Of a stretch of DNA of 64,000 bases, positions 54,977 through 63,973 are shown in pieces. The translations under genes were made by a program, and so were the position numbers. The stretch comes from an uncultured virus (IMG/VR IMGVR_UViG_3300044643_000328) (Duplodnaviria; Heunggongvirae; Uroviricota; Caudoviricetes), in the IMG/VR virus record IMGVR_UViG_3300044643_000328, positions 1 through 64,000 of that record, one strand, 5' to 3'. The notes under the pieces were generated by a model. It had not been told where the DNA came from and searched no databases. It saw only the letters and a list, made by a program, of their open reading frames with translations. Every line of letters starts with the position of its first letter. The stretch's first letter is position 1.

Positions 54977-57108
54977 TGAAGAATATTATTACGACACTTT
55001 TTGTGACACTTTTTACTTTTATTGTGACACTTTCTTATGGTCAGCAAAAGTTTAAAGCTGCTACATTTGTAGGAGGGTCTTCTCTTAACAGAGGAGATGT
55101 TTTTGATTATATCATTTATGGTAATGGTATGAACAATAACACTACACGTCAGTTGTTATTTGATGTACAGTATGATAGAGATAACTTTGAAATAGTATCT
55201 GTAGATCACACTGGTACTGGAGGTAACGGTGGTATTTTGCCACAACAGTCTACTATTAGTTTATCTTGGTATAATTACCCAGGATATAATTTTGTACCTG
55301 TAACATCTGGATCTAGTAGTAATACTACTACTAACGGTACTACTAATTATCAGTATGCTCAGTATAACTATGCTGCTAATAATCCGTATGCTATTTTAAG
55401 AACTACATTATCTTGGGCTACTAACTCAGCTATGCCTTATAGCGGGTACAGTGATTTTATTAGAATAAGATTTAGACTTAAAGCTGCATCTACTGCATAT
55501 ACATTTAATCCTATTAAACTAAACTTTGTAGCTGGTTGGAACGATGCTGGCCAATATGATAATACTGTAATGGAAACTCCATTATCTACAGCAGTAGTTA
55601 TGAACCAGAACTTTGGTAAGTATGTAACAGCTAAAGTGGATGTAAATTCTAACTTGTATAGCTTATCAAATTTAAAAGTATCTTTTAGAGACACTCTTAC
55701 TAATACAGGAGTGCTATTTCCTATTACATCTACAGGAGAAGTTGATATTAATCAAAACTCTTTAGCTGCTAATAAGGTGTATGAAGTTAGTGTAATGCAT
55801 GAGATGGACAAGTTGTATACTATCTATGGTAATGCAATCACTATATCTGATTTTACTACAGCTCAAGGTGAATTCTCATCTATGGGTCTGGACGGTTCAA
55901 GAGGTCAAAGTATTAAAACTGGCCAATCATTATATGCTGCAGATATTAATCGTAATAAGACGATTGATGGTGGTGATCTACCACAATTGCTAGCACAAGT
56001 AGCTGGTATAGATACTTTATTTATGCTTCCTACTGGTTATACTGTTGGAAGTGGTGGTCATATGAGTCTTCCAACATGGAAAGCATCAGATGTTATGACT
56101 ATTGCTGGTCAAGTAGAATGGGGTTATGTAACACCTGGTTCTTCATCTAGTAGTTTACGTATTGATATGAGAGAATTTCCTGCTGGTGTAGCTCCAAACA
56201 CTATTAAAAGTGTTCAATTGTTTGACATATACACTGGACCAGTTGAATATGTATCTGAAGATGCTACATGGGCGTTATATACTGTACCATCTAGTTTAAT
56301 TAAAGCTAAAGACGGTAGTTCATTATATGTAAGCTCTATACGTAATATTAATAATCAGAATGTTGATTACGGTTTAAGAGCTGAGTTTTCATTTGATGCA
56401 GATGTTAACCGTTCTTGGGGAACAATTACTGCAGCTAACTGGAAAAACATTACATACCCTAAGACTTACTTTACAACAGGTACGCTTGGTACTAATGCTA
56501 TTTTAGATCTTAAGTATCTTTTATGGGGTGATGTAAATAGATCTCATTCTTCTCAAGTTGTTACAAGTTCTGCCGGTACAGCTACTGTGCAAACTAATGC
56601 TGTTAATAGTTTAGCTACTAATTCTGCATTCCAAACACAATCTATGCAGACTCAGGCTACAGGAACTTCTTTAAATTCTACAGCTGATATTAGCTCAATT
56701 GATGTAAATCTTAATAACCTCACTGTAACTTCTAATACTATTGAAATTCCAGTAAGCGTAGATACTAAATCATCTAGTGTTTCTGGTCTTCAGTTTGAGT
56801 TTACCTTTGATCCTGCTAAGATTAAGTTTGAAGAGCTATTAGCTACTGTACCAAATACTTGGTATGTGTTTGCTAGTTCTAAAGATGGACGTGTTAAGTT
56901 TGGTGCTCTAGATAAGAATAACTCTGAAGTTATTACTGGAGTTAAAGTTCCTTTTAAACTTAAGTTTAGTACAATTGGTCAAGGTGTTGATATTGTTACA
57001 TCTGTAAAAGTTAGTCCGCTTATGGATGCTGCAGATGCAAAAGGAAATCAGTTAGGAATTAATCTTAACTCTACACAAATTAAGTTAACCGGTTATAATA
57101 ATTTCTAA
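54976..57108 (+). CDS. Secreted protein with cohesin-like and dockerin/EF-hand-like domains
   Basis: Signal peptide; FDVQYDRDNF (cohesin-like); AADINRNKTIDGGDL and GDVNRSHS (dockerin-like); IEIPVSV...GLQFEFTFDPAKIKFE (cohesin). Confidence 0.7.
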   Translation: MKNIITTLFVTLFTFIVTLSYGQQKFKAATFVGGSSLNRGDVFDYIIYGNGMNNNTTRQLLFDVQYDRDNFEIVSVDHTGTGGNGGILPQQSTISLSWYNYPGYNFVPVTSGSSSNTTTNGTTNYQYAQYNYAANNPYAILRTTLSWATNSAMPYSGYSDFIRIRFRLKAASTAYTFNPIKLNFVAGWNDAGQYDNTVMETPLSTAVVMNQNFGKYVTAKVDVNSNLYSLSNLKVSFRDTLTNTGVLFPITSTGEVDINQNSLAANKVYEVSVMHEMDKLYTIYGNAITISDFTTAQGEFSSMGLDGSRGQSIKTGQSLYAADINRNKTIDGGDLPQLLAQVAGIDTLFMLPTGYTVGSGGHMSLPTWKASDVMTIAGQVEWGYVTPGSSSSSLRIDMREFPAGVAPNTIKSVQLFDIYTGPVEYVSEDATWALYTVPSSLIKAKDGSSLYVSSIRNINNQNVDYGLRAEFSFDADVNRSWGTITAANWKNITYPKTYFTTGTLGTNAILDLKYLLWGDVNRSHSSQVVTSSAGTATVQTNAVNSLATNSAFQTQSMQTQATGTSLNSTADISSIDVNLNNLTVTSNTIEIPVSVDTKSSSVSGLQFEFTFDPAKIKFEELLATVPNTWYVFASSKDGRVKFGALDKNNSEVITGVKVPFKLKFSTIGQGVDIVTSVKVSPLMDAADAKGNQLGINLNSTQIKLTGYNNF

Positions 57109-57109
57109 G

Positions 57110-57487
57110 ATGAAAGAAACAAATAAACTATTAGCTATCTATCTTATTCTTGTAGCAACTCTTATAGTGTATGCTTGTACTAAGATAGACATTCCAGCTC
57201 CAGAGCCTATTAATATGGGGGTAAAGTCAGAAGCTACTGCTATTAAGTCAATCACTCAAGTAGGTAACGTAGTTACAGCTGAGTTTGCAACTACAGTGGG
57301 AGCTAAATATTCTGTACAGGTAGTACCTTTTGGTAAAGAAGATCCTGTAAAGAAAGAAGGCTTCACTGCTACAGAAGAAGTAACTAAAAAAGTATATGAT
57401 CTATCTAGTTTGAATAAACAAGATTATGATTTTATCTTTATAGATATAAACGGTAAAGAAGTAAAACATCCAATAATTATAAAATAG
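57110..57487 (+). CDS. Lipoprotein with a T9SS C-terminal-domain-like Ig fold
   Basis: Lipobox IVYAC; C-terminus YDLSSLNKQDYDFIFIDINGKEVKHPIIIK. Confidence 0.6.
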   Translation: MKETNKLLAIYLILVATLIVYACTKIDIPAPEPINMGVKSEATAIKSITQVGNVVTAEFATTVGAKYSVQVVPFGKEDPVKKEGFTATEEVTKKVYDLSSLNKQDYDFIFIDINGKEVKHPIIIK

Positions 57488-57493
57488 AATATC

Positions 57494-57811
57494 ATGTCAG
57501 AAGAAACACAAGAAGGAACCTGGTCAAGTCTTAAAAAGACTGTAGTAGGTGTATTAGGTACTGTTGTTACAGCCGGTGGTGTATGGTTAAGTACACTATT
57601 AGGTGGTGGAGATAAAGAAGCAGCTCCTGCTCCAGCTCCAGCCCCTGTAATTAATATTACTAACTCTAACCAACAAGCTCAACAAGCTGGTGGAGGTACT
57701 AAAGTAATTGAAAGAGTAATTGAAAAACCTGCAGCTCAGCCAGCTCAACCTGCTGCTAAAGTTAAAAAGAAAGAAGGTGATGAGTTTAAGGAAGAAGCTC
57801 CAAAGTGGTAA
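57494..57811 (+). CDS. Single-TM protein with a Pro/Ala/Gln-rich tail
   Basis: VVGVLGTVVTAGGVWLSTLL TM segment, APAPAP linker. Confidence 0.6.
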   Translation: MSEETQEGTWSSLKKTVVGVLGTVVTAGGVWLSTLLGGGDKEAAPAPAPAPVINITNSNQQAQQAGGGTKVIERVIEKPAAQPAQPAAKVKKKEGDEFKEEAPKW

Positions 57812-57830
57812 TTAATTAATAAACATTTAT

Positions 57831-58460
57831 ATGGAAAACAACACACAACCTAGTGGTTTTAAAGAACTACTTAGCTCTATGATGATGAGACGCTGGTTTA
57901 TTACAGCGTTAGTACTTGGATCTTTTATGCTTATTATAGCTGGTATCTTTACCGCTATTACTTATGGTACAGCAATCCAAGGTGAATGGAAAGAATTATT
58001 ATTATTATTGTTGGGAGCTTTCATTGGCTCTTATGGTAAGATTATTGATTACTGGTTCTCTGATACAGACAAGGATAAGATGCTTGTACAGAAGATGGAT
58101 GAAGAAGACGGAGTTTCAATGTCTAATACTAATGACATGAAAGATTCTCCTAAAAACTATACACCATTAGTAGATCCTGCTTTCTTAGCTGCTGCTGATA
58201 GAGCTAATGCTCAATCACAAGCTTCTAAAGAAGAGGTTAAAGAAGAAGTAAAGTCTGAAGCTCCAGTTGCTGCACCAGCTAAAAAAGGTGTAGAAATTGA
58301 TGAGGATGGAGACGGTGTAATGGATGGTCTAGACTTTGATGGTGATGGTAAGATTGATGAATACTTTGCACATCGTCAGTGTGAGCACGTTTGGGGTGAC
58401 GTTGATGGAGACGGAGATGAAGAATGTCTTAAGTGTGGCAAGATAAAAGATATTGTTTAA
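57831..58460 (+). CDS. Two-TM protein with DxDGDG Ca-binding repeats and a Cys/His motif
   Basis: Two TM helices ending IIDYWFS; DEDGDG, DFDGDG, DVDGDG; CEH...CLKC. Confidence 0.7.
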   Translation: MENNTQPSGFKELLSSMMMRRWFITALVLGSFMLIIAGIFTAITYGTAIQGEWKELLLLLLGAFIGSYGKIIDYWFSDTDKDKMLVQKMDEEDGVSMSNTNDMKDSPKNYTPLVDPAFLAAADRANAQSQASKEEVKEEVKSEAPVAAPAKKGVEIDEDGDGVMDGLDFDGDGKIDEYFAHRQCEHVWGDVDGDGDEECLKCGKIKDIV

Positions 58461-58484
58461 CTTAATTAACTCCCATGGATCCTG

Positions 58485-58706
58485 ATGAACAAAAGAAACA
58501 GACTAAGGAGAGTAAACTCTCTCAAAGATATCAGTTTAATGCTGGCCATGTTCTTCCTGCCTTTGGGATACGATCTTTTATTCAAGACGCTCTTAAACGC
58601 TACTGGGAGCTTTTGGGCTACCGATATCATATTCTATTGCTTGTCCGGGGTGTTCTGGCTGTTGTATTGGCTACTTTCCAGATACTCCAATAAACTTAAA
58701 GTATGA
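58485..58706 (+). CDS. Small two-TM membrane protein
   Basis: 73 aa, hydrophobic, overlapping the next gene as ATGA. Confidence 0.55.
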   Translation: MNKRNRLRRVNSLKDISLMLAMFFLPLGYDLLFKTLLNATGSFWATDIIFYCLSGVFWLLYWLLSRYSNKLKV

Positions 58707-59434
58707 GAAAGAAAATAATATTTGTTGTTATGTTTTTAGCTAGCATGTTCCTTTTGGTTCATGCTGGCTTTTCACAAATAGCTAAGACTACTACTGAAAA
58801 CTATAAAGCTTCTTTTGAGAAAGCTATAGACATCAGTCAGTTCTTAGATTATGAAGGGCCTCAGGTTCCTATACAAATCCTGAAGTGTGGTATATCAGAT
58901 GATATGTACGAACAATACCCTGAGCTTAAAGAGAAGCGTGTGGGTCTTGGCGTAGCTAATATCTCTATGGAATACCTTGAAAACTTAAATAGATTTAAAT
59001 TTACAGAGGATAAAACAGAGATCAAAAACCGTATGGTGAAGCAGTTTCAGGCTTCCCAAGCTGGTATCTCTGAGAATAAACTAGATGGTCGTGGTAAGAT
59101 TAATTTAGCTAAGTACTTTGTTACTATAGAATGCTATGATTACTCTATATCAGAAGACGAATCTGTATATATAAAGGGGGACACGAAACAGTTAATGGTT
59201 ACTCGTATCGGTTTGCAAGTAAGATTTACTGATGCCGAGACGGGGACCATTATATCTGGTTCTGGATTAGGGGAAGCTAAGAGTACAAAAGAAACTTCAG
59301 GTTTATCAGATGCTTCTTTAGACCCTGTTAAGTTTAATCAATCAACCATATCTATTGCTACTAAAAAAGCTTTAGATATAGCTTGTGCTAGGATCTTAGA
59401 TAGAATGGTGAAGAAAGGAATCTTCACTAAATAA
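58703..59434 (+). CDS. CsgG/HfaB-family protein
   Basis: Signal peptide; GLGVANI..EYL..LNRF...Q...G..GKINLAKYFVT...IGLQVRFTDAETG.I..G.G.GEA, matching the CsgG-like pattern. Confidence 0.75.
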   Translation: MRKKIIFVVMFLASMFLLVHAGFSQIAKTTTENYKASFEKAIDISQFLDYEGPQVPIQILKCGISDDMYEQYPELKEKRVGLGVANISMEYLENLNRFKFTEDKTEIKNRMVKQFQASQAGISENKLDGRGKINLAKYFVTIECYDYSISEDESVYIKGDTKQLMVTRIGLQVRFTDAETGTIISGSGLGEAKSTKETSGLSDASLDPVKFNQSTISIATKKALDIACARILDRMVKKGIFTK

Positions 59435-60792
59435 TGAAAAAGTTTATATTTTTATTCATTGTAGTATTAATACTACCGTTCTATGCGTTGTCTCAAACTC
59501 TTGTTCAAACATTCATTGATCCTTGTACTAAAGTTGTTTCTACGTTTATTATCCCTATCACTGGTAGTACTACTATTGTTTTTTATAATAAGTCTCGTGT
59601 TTTCACTGCAGCTGATGTCCGCAGTGGTGCATTTAATTCATGGCTTAATCAAGTATATGAAGATTATAGAAAGTTATCTCCATGTTCTGTGGCTCAAGCT
59701 TCAGTTACTAGCACTCAGATTACAGCCGGTGCTGTATCTGCTGCAGTAAGTGCTGCCGCTTCAGCAGCTGCTTCTACAGCCGCATCTTCAGCTGCCGCTA
59801 GTGCAGCGTCATCAGCCGCTAGTTCTGCGGCTTCTTCTGCTTCTAGTAGTGCAGCATCATCTGCAAGTTCTTCTGCAGCAAGTTCAGCTTCATCTTCTGC
59901 TAGCAGCTCTGCTAGTAGTTCAAGCAATTCTCAAGGATCGAGCTCGGAATCTAGCAGCAGCAGCTCATCTAGCAGCGGGGAGAGTTCATCTAGTTCTGAA
60001 TCTAGTAGTTCTGAATCATCTAGTAGCTCAGAATCTAGTTCTGAGTCTAAATCAGAATCTAAATCAGAATCAAAATCTAGTGGTGGATCTAAATCTAAGA
60101 GTGCCGCCAAGGGCCCTGCTAAAGTAAATCCTATATTATTTAACTCTGACTTTACTGGTGGGCAAAGTCTAGATAATAGTTTCAGTGTTATTATGACCGG
60201 TGGGATATCTCAGTCTTCTATGACTGGACAATCTTCCTGGGGACTAACCGGTATGGTGTGGAGCAACCTTCAACAGTTTGCTCTTAGTGGTAGATATACA
60301 GCTATGCATTTTGATGAAGGTAAACTTCAAGGTATATCTAACTTTGGTGCTACAGTAGCATACGCATTTGGTACTAAGTTTGGTTTTGCAACTTATGCGT
60401 ATATTAAACCTCTTGGTAAATGGGGTGTAACTGGTGTCAATTACACTTTAAGCTTTGCTGAGGCGGCTTATCAACCTGATCCTGCAGCAGAAGCAGCTAG
60501 TCAATTTAGTTTGACTAGTTCTATTCTATTGTTTTATACTAAACCGTTTACTTTAACTAAACGATTGTCTATATCTCCTGATATATACTTATCAGGTAGT
60601 CCTTTAGTTTATCTTACTAAAGAAGGTACATTCACTGAATCTAATGATGTAGGTATACTGACAGGCTTTGGTGTTGACTATTCTATTACTAAAAGATTTA
60701 AATTCAACATGGGTCTCAAGACTAGTATTTCTACTAATCCTGAGATACCTATGCTGTTTTTTGGGGTAGTTGGTTCAAAAATCAACTTATAA
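59434..60792 (+). CDS. Probable outer-membrane beta-barrel protein with a Ser/Ala-rich linker
   Basis: Signal peptide; small N-domain with two Cys; ~130-aa S/A/E low-complexity linker; C-terminal amphipathic strands ending FFGVVGSKINL. Confidence 0.65.
   Translation: MKKFIFLFIVVLILPFYALSQTLVQTFIDPCTKVVSTFIIPITGSTTIVFYNKSRVFTAADVRSGAFNSWLNQVYEDYRKLSPCSVAQASVTSTQITAGAVSAAVSAAASAAASTAASSAAASAASSAASSAASSASSSAASSASSSAASSASSSASSSASSSSNSQGSSSESSSSSSSSSGESSSSSESSSSESSSSSESSSESKSESKSESKSSGGSKSKSAAKGPAKVNPILFNSDFTGGQSLDNSFSVIMTGGISQSSMTGQSSWGLTGMVWSNLQQFALSGRYTAMHFDEGKLQGISNFGATVAYAFGTKFGFATYAYIKPLGKWGVTGVNYTLSFAEAAYQPDPAAEAASQFSLTSSILLFYTKPFTLTKRLSISPDIYLSGSPLVYLTKEGTFTESNDVGILTGFGVDYSITKRFKFNMGLKTSISTNPEIPMLFFGVVGSKINL
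59720..60105 (+). repeat. Low-complexity coding repeat (SAAAS/SSSE/SESK)
   Basis: Degenerate gct/tca/agt/tct codon repeats within the CDS. Confidence 0.8.
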
Positions 60793-62308
60793 CATAACCG
60801 TCTTTATTTACTTTACTAATCTTAGTGCCATTAAATACGACAACTTGATTACGTTGTGAGTACTTTTCTATAATCTCACTATCAAAGTGTCTGAAGTTAG
60901 ATCCTTCTACACCTATAAAGAAAGCTTTATCTGAATACACACGACATCTGTCTTCTGCATCAGTGATAACTAACGCGTTCATATCATTCTTTTCTATAGA
61001 ATTAATAGCCACATCAATAGTTGTACCACCGTTACAATCAATCATAGAAATACTTATTAAGTCTGTCTTTGATTTTTTAAGACGGGTGTCAAATAGATAT
61101 ATGTTGTTGAGCATATCCATTTCTTTTAGCTTAGCTATTAAAGCTTTAGAAAAGTCTATCTTGCTAATAGTATCATCGTTCACATCTCTTACACCACAGC
61201 TTGAGCTCATAGATCCTGATACGTCTACATACACATCTACTTTACCTACAGACTTTGTTTCTTTAACCATAAGGTCTTCAGCAAAAATCTTGCGTAACCT
61301 TGGGTGTAAGAATACATAGTCTTCAAGTCCTGATACGTCATCTGCGTTAAATAAATCATCATACTTTACAATCTTTTTAGAAGAGAAATAAGAAGATGAT
61401 TTATCAAGAAGCTTTTTGATCTTTTCTTTTAATGACCCTGTTGATAGTTTGATTCTAGCTAAACGAGACTCTATTTGTCTCATGTAATTAGGACTAAGTT
61501 TACCAGCTTCTTCACCGCCAGAGTTTGTATTAGCTTCTTGGAACATACGATCTTGTACATCTTGGTCAAGATTGTCATCCATCATTTTACATGTTTCTTG
61601 TGCATCTTTCATCATTCTATCTAACATGTTCTTTGATGTTTGACTATTAAACAGTTTGTCTAAAGCTTTATCTACACCATCGTTGTCAAAATCAGAAGAG
61701 CCGTTCAATCCGTTTTGTACACTCTGATGAGCATCTGGGTCTACATACTCCATTTGAGTCATTTGTAGTAGATAGTACATCATCATGTTACGGGTAAATA
61801 CACTAGACTTTAAATTTGCATTCTCGGTCATAATCTTACCCACAGGATTATTAGCTTTCTCTAAAAATTTATACTTAGTATAGTTTTTTTCATCACGTTC
61901 TTCAAACTCTAACTTTTCCATCTTGTTATAGTACATCTTAAATACATCATACTTAAGATGTGATGGAAACTTGTTATAGTTTTCATTAACTTTTTGTGCA
62001 AAACTGTTGAAGTCTGGTTTTTTATCGTCTGGTATTTTAGCAAAAGCAGCAGTCTTAGAAAAATTATTATATTCATCTTGTATTTTTCTAATATTGGTAC
62101 CGTAAACTTTTAATTGAGACTCTATGATATTCTGTATCTTACGTTCATCAATATAGTGAATGTAAGGTTTAATCATATCAGATTTTTTATAGAAGTTTAG
62201 CTTGCTAAATAGACCTCCGTCTTCATTATTATAATGAGATTGTATCTCACCTTTCTTTACTTTTTCAAGAATGGTATATACATTCTTATATTGTTTTCCT
62301 GTTGACAT
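60782..62308 (-). CDS. vWA (ViaA/CoxE-like) domain protein
   Basis: YVDVSGSMS (MIDAS), GGTT, VITDAED; adjacent to a MoxR ATPase. Confidence 0.85.
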   Translation of the reverse strand: MSTGKQYKNVYTILEKVKKGEIQSHYNNEDGGLFSKLNFYKKSDMIKPYIHYIDERKIQNIIESQLKVYGTNIRKIQDEYNNFSKTAAFAKIPDDKKPDFNSFAQKVNENYNKFPSHLKYDVFKMYYNKMEKLEFEERDEKNYTKYKFLEKANNPVGKIMTENANLKSSVFTRNMMMYYLLQMTQMEYVDPDAHQSVQNGLNGSSDFDNDGVDKALDKLFNSQTSKNMLDRMMKDAQETCKMMDDNLDQDVQDRMFQEANTNSGGEEAGKLSPNYMRQIESRLARIKLSTGSLKEKIKKLLDKSSSYFSSKKIVKYDDLFNADDVSGLEDYVFLHPRLRKIFAEDLMVKETKSVGKVDVYVDVSGSMSSSCGVRDVNDDTISKIDFSKALIAKLKEMDMLNNIYLFDTRLKKSKTDLISISMIDCNGGTTIDVAINSIEKNDMNALVITDAEDRCRVYSDKAFFIGVEGSNFRHFDSEIIEKYSQRNQVVVFNGTKISKVNKDGYVIS

Positions 62309-62348
62309 TATTACCTTCTTTTATTTTATTTATGAGATCCTTAAGAGA

Positions 62349-62376
62349 TACAGATGACCATAAAAGGCCATCTGTA
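62349..62376. other. Intergenic hairpin between the MoxR and vWA genes
   Basis: tacagatgacc-ataaaa-ggccatctgta inverted repeat. Confidence 0.5.
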
Positions 62377-62412
62377 ATTCTCCGAAGGTTACATTATTTT
62401 GTGGACCTCTAC

Positions 62413-63543
62413 TTAGTAAGGAGCTGAAGCTTCAACCACAGCCTCTGCCATCATATTGTCAAACTCTTCTGAAGTTTGATAGTCTTTACGAGCAGGGTGG
62501 TTTTGAATGATATATTGCATTGATAGCTCAATCTCTTCTACTTGTGTTTCGTCCATAATACCTCTTGAAGTATAAGTATTAACCAAGCTCTCAATTTCAG
62601 CTACAGCTAACTCAAGTTGTTCGTTGCTGTTATAGCTGTGAAGCATTTCTACTTTAGACATCACTGCTTTTACTTCAGGGCTCATTAGCTTGTTCTGTAA
62701 TTCAGAACCTGCAGATTGACCAATCATAATTTGTGCTGTCTTTACAAGAGCTTTGTCTAGACTAATATCCCAGATGTAAGATACAGCTTTAGTTAGTTTC
62801 GGTACAAAAGTTAATGTACGATCTGAACTGTGCTGGTAACCCACTTCTAGATACTTTTCTAGTTTGTTAACTGGTACTTCTAAAGAGTTAATCTCTTGAT
62901 TAGTAGGAATACCGATGTTAAACTTCTCACGGTAGTCTCTTGCTCCTTTAGTATAATACTTAACTAACTCACCTGCAGATACACGGTTAACCGTCATCTT
63001 TAACATGAAACGATCCCAGAATGGAGAGTCTGCCTCTTCTTTAGGAATTTCGTTACAGGTAGCAATGAATAGCTTCCACTTACATGGAATCTTGTGCTTA
63101 CCGTTAAATAAGAACTTCTCGTTCATTACACCTAACATAGCGTTACGTATAGCTGAAGAAGCTTTATCTACCTCGTTAATGATAACAATCTCTGCATCTG
63201 CAATTGGTGTATTAAGATCATACACGTTGTCAGTAAATAATTTACCTAAGTCAGGCATACCCTTAATTTCTGATGCTTTAGTACCCTCATCTGTTTCTAA
63301 GATGTAAATCTTATTAGCAAAATCTTGAGCTGTCATTTTACCGTCTTTGTTAAGCCATGCTTTGGCATAGTCTAATACGGTTTTTGTTTTAGCAACACCT
63401 GGTTCACCTACTAGAAGACATGGTAGTCCTGTAGATTCTGCTAACGCTAGCATTTTAAATACCTCTTCTTTGTTTATAAGAGAAGTTTCAATAGTACGAA
63501 TTTCCTGTGTTGTTCTTTTTGTTATAGATTTTACTTTTGACAT
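62413..63543 (-). CDS. MoxR/RavA-like AAA+ ATPase
   Basis: GEPGVAKT, INEVDKA, LGVMNEK, ATCNEIP, FWDRF. Start placed at MSKVKS (63543) rather than 63753. Confidence 0.88.
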   Translation of the reverse strand: MSKVKSITKRTTQEIRTIETSLINKEEVFKMLALAESTGLPCLLVGEPGVAKTKTVLDYAKAWLNKDGKMTAQDFANKIYILETDEGTKASEIKGMPDLGKLFTDNVYDLNTPIADAEIVIINEVDKASSAIRNAMLGVMNEKFLFNGKHKIPCKWKLFIATCNEIPKEEADSPFWDRFMLKMTVNRVSAGELVKYYTKGARDYREKFNIGIPTNQEINSLEVPVNKLEKYLEVGYQHSSDRTLTFVPKLTKAVSYIWDISLDKALVKTAQIMIGQSAGSELQNKLMSPEVKAVMSKVEMLHSYNSNEQLELAVAEIESLVNTYTSRGIMDETQVEEIELSMQYIIQNHPARKDYQTSEEFDNMMAEAVVEASAPY

Positions 63544-63568
63544 GTTATGTTGTTTTGTAGGTTGATTA

Positions 63569-63973
63569 CTATAAGTTTGCAAATGCTGAGAGTTCTTCTG
63601 AGTTTTCTGGTACGTTTGTGAAACTATCTCCATCATTTGCAGGTACTGCCTCGCTGATATTGGATCTATTATCAGTTCTTCCTGATACTTGTTCCAAAGT
63701 CTCAGTAAAAGATGGTTTTCCAACGGTACTGGTGGTTTCTCTAAGGGTAGCATTTGATTTGTTATTAGTTATTACAAAAACTCTTGCAATTGTATCTACG
63801 TTCTGTAATTCAGGATGTTTCTGAATAACTTTAATATGCATATCTAATGCATTATATTTCTCTTGGATGGAGCCGTAGCCCAAGTCATCCTTTTTATACC
63901 AAGTGTAACCACTGTGTAATAAATCTATAATGTCTTGTACATCAATAGATACTTCTTCTTTTTGAATAGCCAT
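63569..63973 (-). CDS. Hypothetical protein
   Basis: Start placed at MAIQKEE; shares an identical leader with the MoxR gene. Confidence 0.55.
   Translation of the reverse strand: MAIQKEEVSIDVQDIIDLLHSGYTWYKKDDLGYGSIQEKYNALDMHIKVIQKHPELQNVDTIARVFVITNNKSNATLRETTSTVGKPSFTETLEQVSGRTDNRSNISEAVPANDGDSFTNVPENSEELSAFANL

Noticed and set aside
58475..58693. Alternative 72-aa ORF overlapping 58485-58706
   Set aside because: The 58485 frame gives a coherent two-TM protein coupled by ATGA to the CsgG-like gene, so it is preferred.
59715..60127. Alternate-frame ORFs and repeat-like DNA in the Ser/Ala region (possible curlin, CRISPR or tandem array)
   Set aside because: These are by-products of low-complexity codons. 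There is no fixed-length repeat-spacer structure and no curlin N/Q-G repeat pattern.
63544..63753. N-terminal extension of the MoxR ORF given in the ORF track
   Set aside because: It overlaps the upstream gene in another frame. The ATG at 63543 has the shared A-rich leader and gives a normal-length ATPase.
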